IMG/VR virus record: IMGVR_UViG_2799112278_000002
Span: 1 to 64,000 of that record
From: a virus
Lineage: Duplodnaviria; Caudoviricetes
Length of the DNA stretch: 64,000 nucleotides
Direction: 5' to 3' (one strand)
The notes under the pieces: generated by a model
What the model saw: only the letters and a program-made list of their open reading frames with translations
Told to the model about the DNA's origin: nothing
The model's database searches: none
Part shown: one piece after another, positions 7,957 through 17,200 of the stretch
Numbering within the stretch: the first letter of the stretch is position 1
How the letters are laid out: the number at the start of each line of letters is the position of its first letter
Translations under genes and position numbers: made by a program

Positions 7957-8055
7957 GACTTCACCCCCAAAAATATTTAATAACTACATTTACCTTTCAC
8001 ACGGTTCTCTCGGTATTTCGCCCACCTCCACAAAGAGAAATTTATTTAGGGAGGG

Positions 8056-8274
8056 ATGCCTTTGATTTTTTCCAAAGAAAGCCATAAAGGTCTATGCTTC
8101 TGGTTACTTACATTGCCTCTAATACCGCTAGTGATCTTCCTATACCAGTTCGTTGTTGAAGCCCTATTTATTGCCCTTGCTATTTCATGTTTTGTGTGGG
8201 TATTCATCATATGGCCATATCGTTTCTTCAAATGGTTATACGAACAATACCGCAATAAAGAAAAGAGCCGCTAA
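8056..8274 (+). CDS. Small membrane protein (moron, opposite strand)
   Basis: AGGGAGGG RBS, 72 aa, two TM helices, basic tail, followed by a hairpin and T-run. Confidence 0.65.
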   Translation: MPLIFSKESHKGLCFWLLTLPLIPLVIFLYQFVVEALFIALAISCFVWVFIIWPYRFFKWLYEQYRNKEKSR

Positions 8275-8295
8275 TTTAGCAGGCTCTCCTTTTTT

Positions 8296-11200
8296 TTACT
8301 TCTTTTCTTTTTTCAACACATTATCAGTTGCTTGCTTATAAATACTTTTTCCACCTTGCTTTTCTTGCAGCTGCTTTTGCGCTTTTTCAAAAATACTACC
8401 GGTACTGATTTTATTTTTAGTCTGAGTTTTCTTTTCAGGTAGAAATTCGCCTTTAAGTGCTTGATCAGCGATTATAACGGCTTCCCGGTTTAGTTGGTCA
8501 ATTTGCTCTCGCTTAGATTTAGAATCAATTGTTTGAGATACCAGTATGGTCTGTGATTGATCCCTGTTATCTTGCAGTGCCTTACTTGCCAACCGATACA
8601 TTTTTAAGTCCGGTGGAACAGGAACTTCATCGCGAAGCTCTTTTGTGCTTTTTCCTGTTGCTGCAGCTGTATCCATTAATTGCACTTTATGGGCCTGTTC
8701 AAGTTCCTCTAACTGCTTATAGAAGTCACCGATATTATCCGCATTGCGATAATTTTGAGTAAAGAAACGACGCACCACCGGCCATTCCTGCCAGTATCTC
8801 ATTGGGGCATTTTCGTATTTACCATAAGCGAGATCGATGGATTCAGTTATTGTAGTACCAACACCACCGGTATAACCACGAATGTAGTTATCTACAAACC
8901 GGGGAGATACGCCAAAAATTTCACCGACTTTTCTAGCGATCAATGTCGTACTGGGGCCATATTGACGTTCAGGCGGTAAAGTTTTTTCACCCTGAGGAAC
9001 AATGCTTTTATCCGAAAACAGACTGTAATTTGACATGTGTTCGTACACAGGTGTTATGGCCGTAGGTAAAAGAGTCGGCAACTGATTGGTAAGCAGCTTT
9101 CCCACTTGCTTGAAAGCGTCAGGATTATTTTGTACGGCCCATTCCATAAACCGAACCGGCATCGTTGCAAACATTGTTCCAGCCAAAAACGGTTTTGGCA
9201 CACTGAAAGTGAAAGTGTCATTGATTGGCACATTCCAGAACATATCTTTACGCCATTGCGGTAGTTTCTTGTATCGATCGTCATCTTTATACATCCACCA
9301 TAATAGCAGTGAAGGGATTGTAAGCAAGACTATATGCTTAACCCACGCTTGCATGGTTCGATCATACACAACATCCTTAACACTACCTTTACCCGCAGCT
9401 ACATCATTAATTTTTTCTTTTAACTCATTACCGCCAGTAAATAAGACTCTAAATACTTTATCCCAATCAAGAATAGTTACTTTACTAAATACCGCCACTC
9501 GATTCCATACAACGGATGCAGGGCCACCTTTTGAGAAATCTATCGTTAAATCTCTTGCATTAAAAGCTCTTTCCGGTAGACTGAATCCTTGTTCTTTCTC
9601 ACGAATATATTCACCGACACGCGGCGCAGACTCTACCATTTGCCCCACACGTTCCAATAACTCAATCATGTGCATCGGGCTAAACTTCCCTAAGGCAGTT
9701 TGTTTGCGTATCTTTTTTATTGCCTCTTGGGCGAAATTACGGTCAGTAGAATAAAAATCGGCCATGGCCGTCCCGGATGATACATATTCCCACCATAGCT
9801 TATCCTGCTTTGCAATAGCCATCATCCCTCTGAAAAAATCCCCTTTAGGCATATATCCGGATGGAGAGTTAACGTAGCTTGTAACCAAGTCACGCGAAAC
9901 GTTCACGGCTAGAAACGCTGGATTAAGAGAAACAAACCCCGCCCGGGCAACTCGTACTACCATACTTAAAAACTTCAAGAATAGGTTAGATGTATCGACT
10001 TCCTGCTCCATCATAGACTTGTATACTTCCGGCACGCCTATTTGATAAAACTTTGCCTTACCATTAACCAATACCTTAAATACACTATCTTTGTCTGATG
10101 CTCCGTTTCTTACAGGGCGTTTTGCAATGATAGATTCTATCTTGCCATTATCGCTATGGGTAATAATAAGCTCATTGCCTTTTTCATCTACCGGATTTCC
10201 ATCCTTGTCGGTATTCAACCACTTAGGCTCGTTTTTGCTATCATATTCAACAAAAGTTTCGCCCTTTTTGATAATGGTTTCAGCAACATCTTCAAGAGCA
10301 ACCTCTTTTTCTGCATATGCTATTTCTGGAACCTCTTCAATTAACCATCCCATATTGGCATGGTTGTCCGCAATATCAGCAAACAGCTGCTTAACTTTAT
10401 TACGTTCAGCTTGTTCAAGCATCTTGAAGACATTGTGTACTATTGACTCTGCCGGATTCACAATATCGCGTACACTGCCTACCATTTCTTTTAAACTATC
10501 GCCCAACTTTTCATATGCAGCTTCTTCGAAAACACGCATTAAGGGCACATAGTTCGGATATGCCTTTCTCAAGCCTTCCGCTTTTCCCTTTGACACAACG
10601 CCATAGTCAACCATGATATCCATTAGAGTATTACTAAAATCAACAATTTGCCTTCCTGCATTTACTATTTCCGGCCGTGCATCTTCAACTGTATTTAGCC
10701 AATCATCATAATCAAGCGGTGCTTCTTTTTTGTTTGCTACGGTAAGCATATGTTTAGAAACAACATACTCAAATAACTCTTGGTAAACCTCTTCATTTCG
10801 ATCTGCACCGATAGAGCTCATGATGTCAGACAACGGGACAAACTTACTGAAATCTACACCCGGATGGACTGCTTTGAGGCCATCACGTACAGCCTGGGCA
10901 TTAGTGCTTTTATTTTTGCCGATACCAAGCATGGCATTAGCCTTCCCTGCTAAGCCGCGGGTTAATAAGGCTTGAATATAAGGATTCTGTTCCATTGGGA
11001 GCTTTTTACCAATCAGCTTTTCCACCTGGTCAATTGCTTGTTTTATTGGAAAACGCCGCTCAACTAATTGCCGATAAACATAAGCCAACGCTTTACCAGC
11101 CTGTTCTTTACTTTTAGCAGACAGGGATCGCAGCGTAAGCTTTTCTTTTTGATCCCAAGAAATAACCCCACTTACTCTTTCCCTGGAAGTTTGGTTATAC

Positions 11201-14200
11201 CATCGATACATCATATCTTGAATCAATCTTACATCGCGAATTTTTGAACCAATTGCCTTCTCAAACTCATTAGTAAAGTTAGGGTACTGAGCAGTATTGC
11301 CAGTAACATAATCAATAAAAAATTGCCCTACGCCGCCTTTGAGTTCAATAGCATGAGGCAATTCACTTAGTCTAAACTGATTGTCTAAGAGTTCTCCAAT
11401 TGACTTTAGCAGCCCAGGGAAATCATAAGCTTTTTGGCTTCGGATAACATTTGCAAATTCTTTAAATTCATTTGAAGATGCTGCTCTACCCCACCGTACC
11501 GGTGCAAATAACTCCGTAATCTTGTCACGTATCGATCTACGGCTAATTTTTTGAACATTGGGTTTCGTAAATTTAAACTCCAACTTATCCGGCACTTTTT
11601 CTGAAGCGGCTCCTGCTCTTACCTGTGTGTTTGTTGCAGAAATTACATCTGCAGCTTTTGGGGGCTGCTGTTCGTTTTGCTGATAAGTTATTGAGCCATC
11701 TTGGTTTTCAATCCGCTTCCAGCCACGTTTTTCAAGCCCTGCCATCATACGCTTGTTTTGTTCTGTAAAGTCGGTTTTTCCATCTTTGGCAGCAGGCCGG
11801 AATGTCATTTGACCTTTTGCTTCAGCTTTTCTATCTTCCGCAGCCTTTGGCTCCATGTAGTTCGACTGACTTCTCCCTTGTGTTTGCTTTAGTACATCTG
11901 TAAAAACATCAGGATTCTCTGATAAATAATAGGCCAATCCCTCTTGCTCAAAAAGTTTATCGAATAAGCTAAATTGCTGCTTGCTTAAAGTATCTTTTGC
12001 TAAAGCATAAAGCGCAACCAAATCAGAATATGTTTTATCACCATCACCGAGGCGCCGCAAATTAGAGTTAATTTCACGAATATCACTATCTTGATTTTGA
12101 ATAAACCGTTTTATCAACTTGTCTAAATTCCGCTCACTTCTAATGATGTCAATGAGCTTTTCGTATGTGAGTTTGTCATTACCTCGAAGCCCTTGAAGTA
12201 CGGTATTTCCTTCGACTATCCATTTTTCTTTAATATAGCTAAGCACTTCATTATCGAAAACACCATTGTGGTCCATTCCATGAATAGTTTCATGAACGAA
12301 TATTTGAGCTAAGTCATCACCAAAACGACTTGGATTAAAGATAACCTTTCTCTCAAGAGGTAGGTATCTGGCCATCTGCAAAGATCGAATTCCGGAAAAA
12401 TCCTCTACAGTTCCAAGTGCATAAGTAACCTTGCCGGCCGCTATGAATTTTATAATTTGTTGAGCTAACTCACCATGAAATTCATCAATCGCATTTAAAA
12501 TTTGATCTACTTGTTCTTTTGATAAGCTGCTCTCAAAGCGTTCTCGTACTCTTGCCCTTTCATCAAAAGATTTCTCAGATTCGTTTCGGCCCATTCCGAT
12601 TCCATTGGATCTTCCCCGGTTATTTCGATTATCTTTTTCCGGGCCTCTTCCTCCAGGCTCTTGTTTTCCGCTTTGTCCACCATTGCCACCTCCAGCAACA
12701 TCACTTGTACGTTTATTAGCCGCGGTATCCCGCACTTCCTTCCATACACTACCGATTACAGATCTAAAGTTATTCCACATATGACCAAGAGTTTCACGCA
12801 TCTTCGCCATCCACTCTTTACCGGTTGTATTACCTTGCTCCATTAAATGCTGGCCTAATCGGACTAAACGCGGAATTGCTTCTTTTGCTTTATTGATGTA
12901 GGGAAGAAGTGCTGCTTCGATGTCAACGTCATCAAATTTCCCGAAAGTAGGATCAAGCCCTACCGCCAGCTTATCAATACCTATATCTTGCTTTTTATCC
13001 TGAGCGAATTCGTCTAAAAAAGCTTTTCTATCTGCAGCATTTTCAAATGCAAATCCTTTAAGTGCTCCACCTTTATTAAAACTGTTGTACCAGCCATTAT
13101 GTTGCTTAGCAATTTTAGATATTTTACTGAAATCATCACCCAAATGCTTCGTGGGAGTAGCAACATACAACGTTTTTAAGGTTTTCGTATGCTTAAATTC
13201 GCCAAGATCGAAGTTTACAGTTTCGACATTTTGATCCTGCACAACTTCAAGCTGAGATTGTTCTGACTTAATAGCTCTCTCAGGCATTGAAAGGTTTTCT
13301 AACCGGTCAAATAACTCATTAATATTATCGGCATTAGAAAGGTCAATATTTCGCTGCTGCAATTTGTTAAGCTGTTCATTGTCTTTCTCTCTATACTTTT
13401 CGATAATGACAATCTTCGTTCTAATACTGGTACCGGCTCGTTCAAATGTAACAGCAGGAAGTTTAACCGCCCCAACAAGATAAGCATCTTCAGCTGCATC
13501 TGATTCCATCCAACGCTCAAATCGCCTATCAGCTAGTCCACCATCGGGAATTAACGCGACAATTCTACCCCCATTATATAAGTGCTGAAATGCTTTAGCT
13601 ACATGTTCTATTGCTGTTTTGCCACCATGGCCATAAGGCGGGTTCATTATGATTGAATGAAACTTATTGATTATGTGATAGTTTTCAAATCGCTCAGCAA
13701 CAAGCCTTGCCGGACTGTTCATCGCAGCTAATGGGCCAAGCTCATAACTTGGCTCAATCATTACATGATCGCCTTTTTCCGGAAAAAATCTAGCAATAGC
13801 TCCATGACCAGCTGAAGGTTCAAGCGCCCTTTCTCCTTCTTTCATATCTGCCCACTCGACCATTTTTAAACCGACTGGCTCAGGAGTAGCAAAATAATCC
13901 GTTCCCTCAGCCGCCTTACTTCTGCTTGTCTTCTTCTGCTGACCAAAGTAGTATGATATAGCTCTTTTGAAATTGGTCATTTCCTGCCGACTTGCCCGAT
14001 CCCCGGCCTTTCCACCCTTACCCTCTCCAGGGGCACCGGCCGGATAATCATCACTCAATTGATATGCATCAATAAAAGCTTCTCTTAACCTTCGTGCATC
14101 TTGCCCTAATGCAAGGTTTTCAGCCGTGGTAGCACGTTCAGCTATTTTAGTCGCAAATGTATAACGTTCAAAACTCGTTCCTGTATTCAGATATCTAAAT

Positions 14201-17200
14201 ATAGCATCCGATTTTTGTCCTACTCGGTAAATACGTCCTTCAATTTGTATTGCTGCTGTCGGTTTTACAGGCATGCCAAGATTGATGAGTACTCTTTGAT
14301 GTTTGCCAGTAGTATCGTGTAAACTAATCCCTTCCCGGCCAGCATCAGACTGAACCACAAGTAAACTCTTTTCACCGTCATCCCGATTAAATACATCAAC
14401 ATTATTCCTGCGCACCTTATCTGGAACTGTACCATTGAAGAATAGAGCTTTTTCCCCAAAGGAAGCCTTCATTTGAGCAATTGGAGACTTCAAATCACTA
14501 AAATTCAGATTGATTAAATCACGTCGCTTTGCTGAAAAGCTATTGTATTGTTCCCGAATATCATTTGGTACATAATCAAACTTAAACGGATGGAACCCCC
14601 CGCCTTTGTTAAAATCATGGAATACCACTACCTTGCGTCCTAGCGCAATATGTTCTTTAATCATATTCACGGCATGCCGCGATTTAATTGATTCTAAAAG
14701 ATACATTCGATCATGGTATTTAAAGCGTTCCATTACAAAGTCATATAGCTCACGGTACTCACCTCCATCGGTTTCCCATAACCACTGAAGGCCTTCATCA
14801 ATTTTAGCACCAATTGCATCATTTACCAGCGAAAACTTACGATCGTAGTCTTTATCTACAGAAAGCATTCGGCCCGAAAGAGCGCCTTGCTTGCGCAGCC
14901 ATTCATGGAATTGTTGTTCCATTACTTCATTATCAACTTGTGCATCTGGTTTTGTCAGCTTATTGTATCTCATGCGATAACCAAAATGGTTAATAAAGAA
15001 TTTTTCCCGTGCATCAGGAGCGTTATAAGCTTGAGAATCTGAACTTTCTCCATAGTTAAAGAGAAATCCCTCAGCATAGTCAATGTTCTCGACATAAGCA
15101 AAAGGCGTAGCAGATAAAAATAAAACTCGCGGTCTATCTTGCGGCTTAATTGCATCCCATTCTTTGAAATATTTCTCCCGTAACGAATTAACTTTTGCCG
15201 ATATTTCTCTCGCCTTACTTTCAAGAACAGGTATTTTGGCGAGACTTTTTTCATCTTCAGACTTTTCAAGAAGCCTTAATTCTTCCCAAGCATCATGCTC
15301 CTGCTGCTTGAGTTCTTTTTCGATATTATTAAAACGAGTGTAATAACCTCTTCTATGAAAAGCAATTGCACGGAGATTATCTGCAGCCCCTGTAACGCCA
15401 CCATTTTGACTACTTGCCAAGTAGTGTGATTCATCAGTAACAATCAAATCCCAATTGCGACTCGTAAGCTCTTGGTTTTGATTAAGATTTGCGTATGTTG
15501 TAATAGTAATACCGGTACCTGCAGATTTGGTATCATCCAATTTTGATATCGTCAGGTTTAGATTTTTCCCCGAATTAACCCACCCATCAATAATTTTGCT
15601 GTTAGGTGCAGCAATAAGAATATTATCCTTGCCTTGCATGGCAAATCGCTTTACGACACCAAGGCCAGAGTATGTTTTACCGGTACCGGTACCATTTGTA
15701 AACAGTACACCATATCCATCGGGCAGTTTAAATCTTTGTTCAGCAAAATGAACATCTTCTTGTTGTTCTGGCATCAAAAAAGGCAGCGTATCCCGGATGT
15801 TATCCAGGTCTGCTACCTTGACACTAATAGAATCAGCTTTTTTCTGCGCAGCTAATTTTTCTGAAGTTTCGGTTCTGTCTGCAGAAGATTCAATAACTGC
15901 TTCTGCTGCTCTTGGGTCAGAAGGTACTCCCGGGAGGCCAGTATTATCGCTTCCTCCAAAGAGGTCACTTCCGGAATGGCGTTTCTTATCCAAGGATGAT
16001 TTTGAGCGTATTCCCTTATTCCCTTCGCTTCCGCTACCAAGGGAGCCACTGTCAAGTACGCCTGCACGACGATCTGATCCAGCCCCGTCGCTTCTAGCCT
16101 CGTCGCCTCTTCCTCCATCGCTTCGGCTATTTCCTGCTGGTCCATCGGGAAGTATTGCTGACCCCATTCCGTCTCGATCGGACAAGTCTGTGCTATTTCG
16201 TTCCATATCCGCGCTGCTATCCCTACCATTAACCTCACCTTCTTTCTTTGATTGTACTTCAGCTTCCGTTTTTTCCGCAACATCATTTTTAAATCCTGGC
16301 CACTCAGATACGCCATTATAAATGGCATCAATTATATTATCGTACTCAGAACCTATATCTTCATTTATACGGCGCTTAACCTCTTCTTTACCGGTAATAC
16401 CATCTTGATATAAAACACCAACGTATTCAAACATGGTATTAGCCAAATCACTGTCGTACTTAACATCAACAGGCCATGATGTAATTGACTTCCAGACACT
16501 ATTTAAAAAAGGTTCAATTTTATTACCAACCGTCTGCAGCATAACTTCTGACCAGGATGTAAAGGAATTAATTCCACGCTGCATGTGAATAGCGCCCACC
16601 TTAAACGCGGCACTCATCAGGGCTGGATTAAATACAGGATTCGAAGAAATGTTCTGCAACTCTTTTTGTAATTCTTTAAGTGCATCTTGCAATGCGGCAT
16701 CCGAATCATCTACGATATTCATTTTTTTAGATTGCTTCGGTTTCTTACCAGCCTTTTCAAGCAATTTATTTTTTAAGCGATTACGATTATCTTCACTGCC
16801 ATTAAAGCCACCTTTACCTTCACCTTGTGCCAGTGCTTCGGGAGAATCATTACGCACTTCTTTAGCTGCTTCATCCGGATTAACTTCGGCATTCTTATCA
16901 ACTATTTCCGGCCGTACATCCTCAGCTTGATCTATAACCGAGGCCTTTTCACTTGACTGAATAATTGGAGCAACATCATTTACTGGTTTTCCAATTTCTC
17001 TGGCAACCGGTATTGCATCTTTTGCTGCTGTTTGAATACTTCGAGAGTCTTTTGTGCCACTGGACTCATTTGCTCGTAAATATTCGTCGAGGGCCGGGGT
17101 AACTTCTTCTCTGATTTGCTTGATTCCATTTAAAGCTGCCTCCATATCGTTATAAAAGTCAACATCTTGCTCAGATATTTGTGGCCCATATGTTGGGTCA

